Shown: piece by piece, positions 21,367 to 31,536 of the stretch
How positions within the stretch are numbered: the first letter of the stretch is position 1
How the letters are laid out: each line of letters opens with the position of its first letter
Assembly (NCBI GenBank): GCA_965218785.1
Contig: OZ244650.1
Coordinates: 192,001-256,000 of the forward strand
DNA length: 64,000 bases
Reading direction: 5' to 3'
Source: Nitrosopumilus sp.
GTDB taxonomy: Archaea > Thermoproteota > Nitrososphaeria > Nitrososphaerales > Nitrosopumilaceae
Program-made: the position numbers and the translations under genes
The notes under the pieces: model-generated
The model's input: only the letters and a program-made list of their open reading frames with translations
What the model was told of the DNA's origin: nothing
Database searches by the model: none

Positions 21367-22352
21367 AAATCATGTCTTACCAATACATAAGCAATTTAAA
21401 ACCAAATAAAGTAAGGAAAAAATCCATTCTAATAATTGGTTCAGGATACATGGCCGAACAGTATTCTAAAACTCTTGATAAAATTGGAATTACAGATGTG
21501 ACAATAATTGGCAATTCCAAAAATAAAGTAGAAAAACTTGGCAAAAAATATAATTTTGTTGCCCTTAGCGGAGGATTTGAAACAAATTTACCTAATATCG
21601 AGAAAAAAGATTTAGTTATTGTAGCCACTCCCATTCAACTTTTGACTCCTGCAACAAAACTAGCATTAAAATCTGGACAAAAAAACATTCTTTTAGAAAA
21701 ACCCGGTGACCTGTACTCAAAACCTCTTAAATCATTAGAAAATGATTGTAATGGAAAAAAAGTTTGTTTGGCATATAACCGACTATTCTATCCCAGCTTT
21801 CATAAATTACTAGAATTGATTAAAAATGATGGTATAATTACATCTTGTACTTTTTCTTTTACTGAATGGACACACAGAATCAATCTTGATTCATTTCCTA
21901 AATCTGTTCTTTCTAGGTGGGGAATTAGTAATTCACTTCATGTAATTTCTATGGCGATGAGGTTAATTGGTATGCCTAAAACCATCAAATGTTTACAAAA
22001 ATCTCCTCTGTCTTGGCACAAAGCCGGTTCAATTTTTATTGGATCCGGAATTTCAAATAAGAACATTCCTTTCTCATATCATTCTGATTGGAATTCTGCT
22101 GGACGTTGGGGGATAGAGATTATGACTAGGAAAAATTCTTATCGATTAATGCCTTTAGAGCAATTATTTAGATGCAAGAAAGGTAGTACATCCTGGCAAA
22201 AAATACCATTCAAAAAATCATTTCCTCATTCAAAAGAGGGAATAGCTGAAGAAATATTTTCAATGTTGGATAATAAATCAAAACTAAATTTAGTTACTCT
22301 AAAAGAAGGCCATTTATACATAAAATTAGCCGAAAAAATTTTTAATTACTGA
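21351..22352 (+). CDS. Gfo/Idh/MocA oxidoreductase
   Basis: IGSGYMA, LLEKPG, AYNR, SNSLHVI; start uncertain. Confidence 0.85.
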   Translation: MPNNLKIMSYQYISNLKPNKVRKKSILIIGSGYMAEQYSKTLDKIGITDVTIIGNSKNKVEKLGKKYNFVALSGGFETNLPNIEKKDLVIVATPIQLLTPATKLALKSGQKNILLEKPGDLYSKPLKSLENDCNGKKVCLAYNRLFYPSFHKLLELIKNDGIITSCTFSFTEWTHRINLDSFPKSVLSRWGISNSLHVISMAMRLIGMPKTIKCLQKSPLSWHKAGSIFIGSGISNKNIPFSYHSDWNSAGRWGIEIMTRKNSYRLMPLEQLFRCKKGSTSWQKIPFKKSFPHSKEGIAEEIFSMLDNKSKLNLVTLKEGHLYIKLAEKIFNY

Positions 22353-22401
22353 TGAAAAATTCATTTTAAAATTAATATTACACTTGATCTAAACTAAATC
22401 A

Positions 22402-23382
22402 TTGAAAATTCTTATTATTGGATTTGGTTCAATTGCCAAACGCCACATCAAAAACCTACTTGAATTATCTGATATTCAGATATTAGTATGTACAAAACAA
22501 ATTCATTTTGGAAATTTTAAAAATCAATGCAAATTTTTTAACAAATTAAGTGATGCAATTAAAGAAAAACCTGATGCAGCAATTATAGCTAATAATACTA
22601 GCGAACATGTTAAAACTGCCATAGAACTATCTAAAAATAACATTGATCTCTTTATAGAAAAACCTCTTTCAAACAATACCATAGGAATAAAAAAACTCAC
22701 AAAACTAATTCATCAAAAAAAATTAATCAGTATGATGGGCTGCAACCTCCGTTTTCATGAAAATATCATTGCAATAAAAGATCTTATTGATAAAAAATCT
22801 ATAGGAAAAATAATTTCTGTTCAAGCAGAAAGTGGTTCATATTTACCGGATTGGCATCCAAATGAAAATTATAAAAAAAATTATGCTGCACGAGAAGATT
22901 TGGGAGGTGGAGTTGTCTTGACATGTATTCATGAAATTGATTATTTGTACTGGTTTTTTGGGGATGTGGAGAATATTTTTTCAATAACCGGTCAATATGG
23001 AAATTTGAATATATCATCTGAAGATCTATCTGCTATAGTAATTCAATTTAAAAATGGTATTGTTGGAGAAGTACATCTTGATTATATACAAAAACCCCCA
23101 ATTAGAAATTGTAAATTAATAGGTACTAGGGGCCAAATATACTGGGATTCTAATTCTAACACCGTTCAATTATTTGATTTTACCAAAAATCGATGGATCC
23201 AAAAATCAAAAATAAAAAAATATGATAGAAATAGTATGTATAGAAAAGAATTATTGCATTTTATTGATTGTATTAAAAAAAGAAAGAAGACTATTAATCC
23301 AATTAAAGAAGGAATAAAGACTATGGAAATAGCATTATCTGTAAAAAAATCATCAAAATTAGGCAGGTCAATTAAAATATGA
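22402..23382 (+). CDS. Gfo/Idh/MocA oxidoreductase (PtmF/ElaA-like)
   Basis: GFGSIAKRH, IEKP, YLPDWHP, GGGVVLTCIHEIDY. Confidence 0.9.
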   Translation: MKILIIGFGSIAKRHIKNLLELSDIQILVCTKQIHFGNFKNQCKFFNKLSDAIKEKPDAAIIANNTSEHVKTAIELSKNNIDLFIEKPLSNNTIGIKKLTKLIHQKKLISMMGCNLRFHENIIAIKDLIDKKSIGKIISVQAESGSYLPDWHPNENYKKNYAAREDLGGGVVLTCIHEIDYLYWFFGDVENIFSITGQYGNLNISSEDLSAIVIQFKNGIVGEVHLDYIQKPPIRNCKLIGTRGQIYWDSNSNTVQLFDFTKNRWIQKSKIKKYDRNSMYRKELLHFIDCIKKRKKTINPIKEGIKTMEIALSVKKSSKLGRSIKI

Positions 23383-24197
23383 AAAAAGATATTATTCAGA
23401 AAATCTTTGATTTATCTAATAAAACTGCAATCTTGACTGGCAGTGCCGGAAGATTAGGCACCGAATTTGCTAATATCCTAAGTGAAGCGGGAGCAAATCT
23501 TGTTTTAATTGATATTGATGAAAAAAAAAATAAACTATTAGAAAAATCAATTCAGAAAAAGTTTCATACAAAAACTTTAACTTTTAATATTGATATTTCA
23601 GATCAGGCATCACTAAAATCTGTAAAAAGAGATATTTTAAAAAAATTTGATACCGTTGATGTTTTAATTAATAATGCATTTTTTAATCCATCCATAAATC
23701 AAACATCTAAAACAATTAATTTTGAAACATTTCCTCTTGATTTATGGAATAAAGTAATTGATGTTAATCTTACAGGCGTTTTTCTTTGTTGTCAGGAATT
23801 TGGAGCAATTATGGCCAAACAAAAAAATGGTTCTATAATAAATATTTCTTCAATTTATGGTTTAGTTGGTGCAGATCAAAGAATCTATGGAAAAAGTAAA
23901 TTAAATTCCCAAGTCTCTTATTCTGCTACCAAAGGTTCAATCGTCAGTATTACTCGTTATTTAGCATCATATTGGCATAGAAAAAATGTCAGAGTTAACA
24001 CTTTGACATTGGGTGGAGTGGAGGACAAATCATACATGAAAACAAAATTTGTCAAAAATTATTCTGAAAAAACAATTTTAGGCAGAATGGCTAGAAAAGA
24101 TGATTTTAATGGCTCACTGTTATTTTTAGCATCTGATGCATCATCATATATGACAGGAGCAAATCTTGTAATTGATGGTGGATGGACCGCGTGGTAA
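23379..24197 (+). CDS. SDR oxidoreductase (PtmA/ElaC-like)
   Basis: TGSAGRLG, NNA, ISSIYG, YSATK, TGANLVIDGGWTAW; ATGA overlap. Confidence 0.9.
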   Translation: MKKDIIQKIFDLSNKTAILTGSAGRLGTEFANILSEAGANLVLIDIDEKKNKLLEKSIQKKFHTKTLTFNIDISDQASLKSVKRDILKKFDTVDVLINNAFFNPSINQTSKTINFETFPLDLWNKVIDVNLTGVFLCCQEFGAIMAKQKNGSIINISSIYGLVGADQRIYGKSKLNSQVSYSATKGSIVSITRYLASYWHRKNVRVNTLTLGGVEDKSYMKTKFVKNYSEKTILGRMARKDDFNGSLLFLASDASSYMTGANLVIDGGWTAW

Positions 24198-24899
24198 CTA
24201 GTCTGTTGCTAAAATTTTATTTTTAACAATCATTTCAGCTATCTTAAATTCAATCTCTGTATCAATCATTAAACCCGTTTCAACTGGAATTTCATATGGT
24301 AATGTTTTTGGAAGTATGGGTTCTCGCACACTCAATAATTTATTTACATTAAAAACGAATAATCCGTTTAATTGATAAACGATTGGTGCCTCTTGTCTGC
24401 TTTTTGGTCTTTTTCCTTTTTTCTTACTTAATTCTAAAAAACCATTTCTCCCAATTTCCATCATGTTGAAATAAGGATTCAAATGTTGTCTATAAACTCC
24501 TACCACTTCATCACAATCAGTTTTTTTCAATAAATTAATTGCGCCTTTGACATCTTTATTCCGAATAAATGGAACAGTACAGTCTCTATTGACAAAAATA
24601 TCAAAATTATACCCTAGTGATTGTAATTTGTTTATACCATGAATCATTACATCTGTCATCCCTACAGAACTCGTAGCTAATTTTTTTGGTCGCATGAATG
24701 GTACTTCTGCACCAAATTTTTGGGCAACTTTAGCTATTTCTTTGTCTTCTGTTGATACTATTACATGACTAAAATTTTTTGAATTTAAGGCAGATTCAAT
24801 AGTGTATGCAATCAATGGTTTACCTGCTAATGATCTAATATTTTTTCTAGGCACACCCTTGGAGCCTCCCCGAACCCCGATAAAACAAATAGGTCTCAT
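24198..24899 (-). CDS. neuA: Acylneuraminate (nonulosonate) cytidylyltransferase
   Basis: RGGSKGVPRKNIR, GKPLIAY, VSTED, IDTEIEF. Confidence 0.92.
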   Translation of the reverse strand: MRPICFIGVRGGSKGVPRKNIRSLAGKPLIAYTIESALNSKNFSHVIVSTEDKEIAKVAQKFGAEVPFMRPKKLATSSVGMTDVMIHGINKLQSLGYNFDIFVNRDCTVPFIRNKDVKGAINLLKKTDCDEVVGVYRQHLNPYFNMMEIGRNGFLELSKKKGKRPKSRQEAPIVYQLNGLFVFNVNKLLSVREPILPKTLPYEIPVETGLMIDTEIEFKIAEMIVKNKILATD

Positions 24900-24949
24900 G
24901 ATTTTATAATTAAAAACTAATACATAACAGCTGTGAATTATCTTTAAAA

Positions 24950-25981
24950 ATGAACGATTTCAGTATAGGTATACGTAAAATTGGACCAAGGCATCCTGTC
25001 TTTGTAATAGCAGAAGCTGGAATTAACCATAATGGTTCGTACATTATGGCAAAAAAATTAGTTGATATTGCTAAAAAAGCCGGTGCAGATTGTATAAAAT
25101 TTCAAACCCACATTACTGAACAGGAAATGCTTCACACAAACATAAAACCTGGAAAAATTTCAAAAAAAACCCTTTGGAATATTATTAAAAGCTGTGAGTT
25201 ATCCCAGGATCAGGAAATTAAATTAAATAAATATTGCAAAGAAAAAAATATTTTATTTTTATCTACTCCTTTTTCAATCAGTGCTGTAAATCAATTAGAA
25301 AAATTAAAAATAAAAGCATATAAAATTGGATCAGGTGAATTAACAAATGAACCATTTTTACGAAGAATTGCAAAAATAGGCAAGCCTGTTATTCTTTCAA
25401 CTGGAATGTCTGAAATTCCTGAAATTAAGGATGCTGTAAAATTATTTCAAAAATATAAGACTCCATTAGCATTATTGCAAACAACATCAGAATATCCTGC
25501 TGACTATGCCGATATTAATTTAGGAGTAATAGAAAAATTTGAAAATATGTTCAAAATACCAATAGGGATATCTGATCATTCTTTAGGAATATACACCGCA
25601 TTAGGTGCAGTTGCCAAAGGAGCATGTATAGTTGAAAAACATATTACTCTAAATAGAAAAATGCCCGGACCTGATCAAAAAATCTCTCTTGAACCTAATG
25701 AATTATTTGAACTTGTAAAGGGGTGCAGAGCTATAAAATTAGCATTGGGTGATACTAAAAAAATTCTTAGTAAAGAAAAACCTATTCTTAAATTTGCTAG
25801 AGAATCTGTTGTATCAGTTCAAAAAATCCAAAAGGGTGAAAAATTAACTGAAGAGAATATTTCAACAAAAAGACCCAACACCGGTCAAATTCCTGCTAAA
25901 AAATTCTACAAAATTATTGGGAAAAGAGCTAAACAAATAATTCCAGTAAACAAACAACTTTCATATAGTGATATATCTTGA
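24950..25981 (+). CDS. neuB: N-acetylneuraminate/nonulosonate synthase with C-terminal SAF domain
   Basis: IAEAGINHNG, KFQT, STPF, KIGSGE, SDH, EKH. Confidence 0.95.
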   Translation: MNDFSIGIRKIGPRHPVFVIAEAGINHNGSYIMAKKLVDIAKKAGADCIKFQTHITEQEMLHTNIKPGKISKKTLWNIIKSCELSQDQEIKLNKYCKEKNILFLSTPFSISAVNQLEKLKIKAYKIGSGELTNEPFLRRIAKIGKPVILSTGMSEIPEIKDAVKLFQKYKTPLALLQTTSEYPADYADINLGVIEKFENMFKIPIGISDHSLGIYTALGAVAKGACIVEKHITLNRKMPGPDQKISLEPNELFELVKGCRAIKLALGDTKKILSKEKPILKFARESVVSVQKIQKGEKLTEENISTKRPNTGQIPAKKFYKIIGKRAKQIIPVNKQLSYSDIS

Positions 25982-27120
25982 AAAGAAAAATCCTAATTGT
26001 TACAGAACGAAGGGCTGATTATTCTAAATTTCGTCCTGTTATACAAGAAATTGAAAAATCAAAGAAATTAGATTATTCCCTAATTGTTACAGGAAGCCAT
26101 TTGTTAAAAGAACACGGTTATACAATAAATGAAATAAAAAATGATGGATTTAAAATCACTTCAAAATTTGAAATGTATCCAAAAAATAGAAAGGATACTG
26201 GGGCAGAAATGGTTGCAGGGTTGGGAAAAGCATTAATTCAATTATCTAAAATCATTGAGAAACTCAATCCTGACATTATTTTATCTGGATTTGATATCGG
26301 TGCAAATTTTGCAGTGGCAGTAACTGGCGCACACATGAACAAAATTGTTGCTCATATGGAAGGTGGTGAAGTTACCGGAACAATTGATGAATCTATCAGA
26401 CATGCCATAACAAAATTTTCTCATATTCATTTTACAACTAATAGACAGGCCACAAACAGAATTATAAAAATGGGTGAAATCCCAAGTCATATCTTCACCG
26501 TAGGCAATCCTTCACTTGATAGTATCAAAAATGTATCAAAAATATCCAAGCGTGCTTTGGAGACTGAATTTGGAATAGATTTGAAAAAACCCTTTATCCT
26601 TGTTATGCAACATACTGTTACCACCGAAGTCTCAAAAGCGGAAAAAAATATCCTTGAAACCCTTGAAGCAGTTACTGAATTAGGAATTCAGGCAATTATT
26701 ATACATGGAAACGCTGATTTTGGTTCCAAAAAAATCTCCAACATTATCAGAAAATCAAATATTAGACAATACAAAGCATTGCCTTTTTCAAAATATGTTA
26801 ATCTTCTAAAACATTCAGCGGCATTAGTTGGAAATTCCAGCAGTGGTAAAATGGAAACACCGTTCCTAAAAATTCCATCCATCAATATAGGCACAAGACA
26901 ATCCGGACGACCAAAAGCCATCAGTGTAATTGATGTTCCCTATAATAAAAATAAGATAAAAAAAGCTATAAAGAAAGCAATTGAAGATAAGAAATTCCTT
27001 CGAAACATAAAAAAACAAAAAAGTGTCTATGGAGATGGAAATTCTTCCAAAAGAATTATTAAAATCCTTGAAACAATTAATTTGGAAAAAATCCCAATTC
27101 AAAAAAAATTAACATATTGA
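25978..27120 (+). CDS. neuC: Hydrolysing UDP-N-acetylhexosamine 2-epimerase
   Basis: RADY, TGSHL, HMEGGE, DESIRHAITK, GNSSSG, GTRQ, YGDG. Confidence 0.93.
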   Translation: MKRKILIVTERRADYSKFRPVIQEIEKSKKLDYSLIVTGSHLLKEHGYTINEIKNDGFKITSKFEMYPKNRKDTGAEMVAGLGKALIQLSKIIEKLNPDIILSGFDIGANFAVAVTGAHMNKIVAHMEGGEVTGTIDESIRHAITKFSHIHFTTNRQATNRIIKMGEIPSHIFTVGNPSLDSIKNVSKISKRALETEFGIDLKKPFILVMQHTVTTEVSKAEKNILETLEAVTELGIQAIIIHGNADFGSKKISNIIRKSNIRQYKALPFSKYVNLLKHSAALVGNSSSGKMETPFLKIPSINIGTRQSGRPKAISVIDVPYNKNKIKKAIKKAIEDKKFLRNIKKQKSVYGDGNSSKRIIKILETINLEKIPIQKKLTY

Positions 27121-27121
27121 T

Positions 27122-27982
27122 ATGACTCGTGTAATAGTTTTAGGCAGTTCAGGATTTTTAGGAAAACCTCTATGTCAGGAATTAATGAAAAATTTTTTTA
27201 GCACCAAATTCATGATTCATAAAAAACAAAAAAACCTCCAAAAAAATGAATTTTTAGGCGATATTTTAGATAAAAAATCTTTATTGAAAATTGTAAAAGA
27301 TAATGATGTTATTGTAAATCTTGTGGGGCAATATGATGATAATTTATCCAAATTTTTTGATACAAATATCAAAGCAGGATTAAATCTAGTGGAAATTGCA
27401 AAAATTAAAAAAAATATTAAAATTATTTTTGCATCATCCATCAACGTATATGGTGAGAACTGCAAATCCCCTTCCAAAGAAACCGATATTCCAAATCCAA
27501 TGACCACTTATGGAATAGGGAAATTTTTAACTGAGCAACTCTATGAAAAATACTCAAAACTTTATGGATTTGATATGACCATCCTGCGATTCTCAAATTT
27601 ATATGGAAAAAACAAAAAATCAGGTTTAATAGCAAACCTGATCAAATCCAGCAACAAAAATCCAGCATATCTCACCCATAATGGAAACCAATACCGTGAT
27701 TTTTTGTATGTGGATGATGCAGTAGATGGAATTATTCAAGTTGTTAAAAAACAACCCAAAAAATTTCAAATTTTCAACATTTCATCGGCAAATAAAATCA
27801 CTGCAAAAAAAATTACAAGATCCGTTGAATCTATATCCAAAAACCAAATTTTCTACAAGTACACAAATAAAAAATCTGATGAAAAATGTATTTGGGCTGA
27901 TAATTCCAAATCCCATAAAATACTTGGGTTTTATCCAAGAATATCCCTTGATGGTGGTTTAAAAAAAATATTAAAATCCTAA
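27122..27982 (+). CDS. NAD-dependent epimerase/dehydratase
   Basis: GSSGFLG, YGIGK, LRFSNLYG, QYRDFLYVDD. Confidence 0.88.
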   Translation: MTRVIVLGSSGFLGKPLCQELMKNFFSTKFMIHKKQKNLQKNEFLGDILDKKSLLKIVKDNDVIVNLVGQYDDNLSKFFDTNIKAGLNLVEIAKIKKNIKIIFASSINVYGENCKSPSKETDIPNPMTTYGIGKFLTEQLYEKYSKLYGFDMTILRFSNLYGKNKKSGLIANLIKSSNKNPAYLTHNGNQYRDFLYVDDAVDGIIQVVKKQPKKFQIFNISSANKITAKKITRSVESISKNQIFYKYTNKKSDEKCIWADNSKSHKILGFYPRISLDGGLKKILKS

Positions 27983-27989
27983 AAACCAA

Positions 27990-28883
27990 CTAATTATTTT
28001 TTTTTGAATATAAAAGATCATAGATAATTGCCAACCCCCCCGTTGTATTTAATTTAATAAAATGCAAAATATTGCTGAAAAATATTTTTTTACCAATATG
28101 ACTAAAACACCATTTTGTAAAAGGATAATATGGAAAAATTCTTCCAATTTTATTGTGTCCTAATTTTTTAGTAGATGCTAATATCCCTTCTGATGAAAAA
28201 CCCTCTCTACAAAATCTGATTAATTTTTTTTGAATAATATGAAAATCCCCATATTTTAGAACGTTTAGAATTGTTGCCAAATCTACTGCTAGAAATGACT
28301 CATTAACAAAACTTTTCTTTAGCGCATCTGTTCTAAAAATTCCGTATAATGCCTGCGCAGAATTAATTCCGAGATATATTTTCACTTTTTCTTCATAATT
28401 TCCTACTGCTTCTTTAGGACAATATTTACTCCATCTACATTTTTCAATAATTTTTTTTATATATTTATTAGAAAATACCTCCCTTTGATCCGATGCACCA
28501 AAACTATCAACGTTTGTAATTGAACCCACAAATTCTCTCTCTCTCTCTAGAAAACTAATATTTTCTTTAAGAAAATCTTTTTCCCAAAAATCATCAACAC
28601 TTGCCCAAACAAAATATTTGCCCGTTGCTTTATCCAAGACATATTGAAAATTTGAAATTATATTGATCCCATTTTTTTGCCGTAAATTCATGATTCTTTT
28701 GTCCTTTTCCACATTTATCAAACAAATTTTTTGTGTCATATCTGTGGAGCAATTATCTGATATAATTAATTCAAAATTAGAATATGTTTGATCCAGAATT
28801 GAATTTATTCTTTCTGAAAGAAATACTTCTCCATTATATACGGGCATACCAATACTAACAAAAGGTTCCTTACTATCTTGCAT
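27990..28883 (-). CDS. GT2 glycosyltransferase
   Basis: VSIGMPVYNGE, ISDNCSTD, WASVDD. Confidence 0.92.
   Translation of the reverse strand: MQDSKEPFVSIGMPVYNGEVFLSERINSILDQTYSNFELIISDNCSTDMTQKICLINVEKDKRIMNLRQKNGINIISNFQYVLDKATGKYFVWASVDDFWEKDFLKENISFLEREREFVGSITNVDSFGASDQREVFSNKYIKKIIEKCRWSKYCPKEAVGNYEEKVKIYLGINSAQALYGIFRTDALKKSFVNESFLAVDLATILNVLKYGDFHIIQKKLIRFCREGFSSEGILASTKKLGHNKIGRIFPYYPFTKWCFSHIGKKIFFSNILHFIKLNTTGGLAIIYDLLYSKKNN
28534..28548. repeat. (TC)7T dinucleotide tract inside the GT2 gene
   Basis: tctctctctctctct, encoding the EREREF segment on the minus strand. Confidence 0.8.
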
Positions 28884-29319
28884 TTACAATTTCAAAATTT
28901 TACTTACATTAAAGGTTACTTTAACATCCGTAAAAATTTATTTTGAATACTTGCCGTAAACTGGATATTAAAAACCAAATAATTTATGATTTTTTTAATA
29001 TGAACACGATCCTTATTTTAATTTGAATTCATTAGCAACATCTCTTCAATTACCTAGTTCTGGAGTTGGTGAATCAAAACGGCATTTCATGAACAATAGA
29101 TGTCCTGTATAATAATTTCTAGGCACAAATTCTAACATATGATTTTTCAGAATATCAAAATTTTCAGGCATAAATTTAACCAAAATCCAGAAATATATGA
29201 AAACAATGCTTTGCAAGTGCTCTAAACAGTGCTTCGAATCAATTCCTGCCTCTAAAAACCTACAATTAAAAAAATTCAAGAGTAACAGATCTGCAAAAAA
29301 ATTCCCTTTTATTGAAAAA

Positions 29320-30210
29320 CTATTGAATCTCTGATCTCTCATTTTTCATTAAAATAGCCCCACTTTTAATTCCCTTTATTTTTAAACCGGTTTCTTTTAG
29401 TATTTTAGAATTCTTTAGATTTACATTAACTCTTTTTACTGCAAGTTTTAATTCTTTTGAATTAATGGGATTAATTTTTGTTTGATCATAACCAAAAATT
29501 TTAGCCACTTCAATTGACCACTTGTATCTATTAATAAAATCAGAACCCACAACATGAAAAATACCATTTGATTTATTTTTTAATAATTCTGATGTAGCTA
29601 AAACGATTTCTGGCACATATGTGGGAGTGTTATACCAATCTTCCACTTCATTTAAAATTTTACCTGCACGTAATGTGTCGAGAACCCTTAAAATCGAATT
29701 TGTATGTTGCCACTTTTCCACCCAACAATATGGCTGGTCAGTTCTCAAAATCAAATATTCCAATTGAGAATCTTTTGTTATTTCCTCCCCCTTCATTTTA
29801 GTATAACCATAATATGTTGATGGTGATGGTTTGTCTTCTTCATAATACTCTTTTTTATTTCCATCATAAACAAAACTTGTTGATAAATATACTAATTTAC
29901 CATTAATTTCTTTACAGCCTTTTACGGTATTTTCAATTCCTTTTACATTTACCTTGTATGCTAATTCTTTATCAGTTTCACATAAATCTATGTTCGTAAT
30001 TGCCGATGAATAGATGATTATTTCGGGATTGATTTTTTTTAAAAAATTTACAGTTTTACTTGAATCAGTTATATCTAACTGATACTCTTTAGAAGAACTG
30101 TTTGTTCTATGTGTGTTATAAGTGTGAAAAGTATCATGACCATTTTCCGAAAAAAACTGTACCATTTTTGATCCAATAACTCCACTTCCACCAATAATGC
30201 AAATTTTCAT
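29320..30210 (-). CDS. NDP-4-keto-6-deoxyhexose reductase (RmlD/RfbD family)
   Basis: GGSGVIG, YLSTSFVYDG, YGYTK, TPTYV. Confidence 0.88.
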   Translation of the reverse strand: MKICIIGGSGVIGSKMVQFFSENGHDTFHTYNTHRTNSSSKEYQLDITDSSKTVNFLKKINPEIIIYSSAITNIDLCETDKELAYKVNVKGIENTVKGCKEINGKLVYLSTSFVYDGNKKEYYEEDKPSPSTYYGYTKMKGEEITKDSQLEYLILRTDQPYCWVEKWQHTNSILRVLDTLRAGKILNEVEDWYNTPTYVPEIVLATSELLKNKSNGIFHVVGSDFINRYKWSIEVAKIFGYDQTKINPINSKELKLAVKRVNVNLKNSKILKETGLKIKGIKSGAILMKNERSEIQ

Positions 30211-30212
30211 AA

Positions 30213-30962
30213 TTATCTAGAGATTTCACTGATATCTTTTATACATTTAAGATATCCTGATGGCGCTGCAGTAAATAATAATTTTTCTTCAATTTTTTTA
30301 TTAATTTTAAAGCGCTTGTTGCTCTTTAGAAATTGCTCTACTGCGGTTTTTGGATTATTATTCTTGCCCCAAGGACGATTTTTGGTAAGTTCTTCAGGCA
30401 TGTTTTGAATAATTGTGTCAAATACTATGATATAGCTGCCTTTTGACACCAGTGGGGCATATGCAACTAATTCTTTTAGCACATGATCATGTGTATGATT
30501 TGAATCTAGAATGACCATGATTTTTTTCTTTTCTTTGGCAAAATTATGAACTTTTTTAATAATTTCTTTACTTGTTGAAGAGCCCTTTATCATAGTAATT
30601 CGTTTATACAAAGAATGTTTTTCAATCTCTTCCTTGTTATGTTTTCTAATGTCTATGTCGATTCCAAGCACTTCTCCCTTTCCAATCAATTCCAATATTG
30701 ATGCAGATAAAACCAATGATCCCCCATGAGCTATTCCGGTTTCTATGATTAAATCCGGCTTTATTTTCCAAATAAGCTCTTGTACAGATAAAATATCTTG
30801 GGGATATTGGATTATGGGACGACCCAACCAAGAAAAATGATATGAATATTCATATTTTAAAGATTTTTCAAACCACTCTTGACTATATTTTTTAAATTCC
30901 AAATCCTTAGACATGATTTTTGTTAATTCATTATTTCTATTTTCAAATTCCTTCTTTAGCAT
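30213..30962 (-). CDS. CmcI (cephalosporin hydroxylase) family, probable sugar O-methyltransferase
   Basis: WLGRPIIQYPQD, IETGIAHGGS, ILDSNHTHDHVL. Confidence 0.9.
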   Translation of the reverse strand: MLKKEFENRNNELTKIMSKDLEFKKYSQEWFEKSLKYEYSYHFSWLGRPIIQYPQDILSVQELIWKIKPDLIIETGIAHGGSLVLSASILELIGKGEVLGIDIDIRKHNKEEIEKHSLYKRITMIKGSSTSKEIIKKVHNFAKEKKKIMVILDSNHTHDHVLKELVAYAPLVSKGSYIIVFDTIIQNMPEELTKNRPWGKNNNPKTAVEQFLKSNKRFKINKKIEEKLLFTAAPSGYLKCIKDISEISR

Positions 30963-30996
30963 ATCCTGAATTTATTAAATCACTAATTAAATATTT

Positions 30997-31536
30997 TTAA
31001 AAATCATTTCTATGAAAAATGGGATTTGATGAATCTTTTTGTGAAATTACCGTTGCTTTTAATGGCCATTTAATTTGGAATGTATCATCATCCCATTTTA
31101 CCCCCTTTGCATGTTTGGAATTATAATATTCTGATATTTGATAAAAAACTTCAGTATTATCCTCCAAAGTTTGAAATCCATGTGCAAATCCTTTAGGTAC
31201 ATATAACATCTTGTAATTGTCTGAACTTAATTTTATAGAAAACCACTCTTTGAATGTTTTTGAATCCGGTCTAAGATCAACTACCACATCAAAAATTTCA
31301 CCTTTTACACATCTCACAATTTTATCTTCTTCATATGGTTTTGTTTGATAATGCATCCCGCGAATTGTACCTTTTCTTTTATTTGATGAAATACTTGTCT
31401 GAACAAATTCTGTCCCTAGTCCCACTTTAGAAAATTCATCTTTATCCCATATTCTGGAAAAAAATCCTCGCTCGTCTTCTATTTTTTCAATTTCAATGAC
31501 ATATACACCAGAAAGTTTGGTTTCAGAAAAAATCAT
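30997..31536 (-). CDS. rfbC: NDP-4-keto-6-deoxyglucose 3,5-epimerase (cupin)
   Basis: DERGFF, GTIRGMHYQ, DVVVDLR, VPKGFAHGFQTL. Confidence 0.92.
   Translation of the reverse strand: MIFSETKLSGVYVIEIEKIEDERGFFSRIWDKDEFSKVGLGTEFVQTSISSNKRKGTIRGMHYQTKPYEEDKIVRCVKGEIFDVVVDLRPDSKTFKEWFSIKLSSDNYKMLYVPKGFAHGFQTLEDNTEVFYQISEYYNSKHAKGVKWDDDTFQIKWPLKATVISQKDSSNPIFHRNDF

Noticed and set aside
23521-23530. A10 homopolymer in the SDR gene as a phase-variation switch
   Set aside because: Long A/T runs are common throughout this AT-rich, Lys-rich region and the frame is intact
28890-29342. 98-aa ORF 29046..29342 or a pseudogene in the gap after the reductase
   Set aside because: Looks like decayed coding DNA but no family could be recognised on either strand
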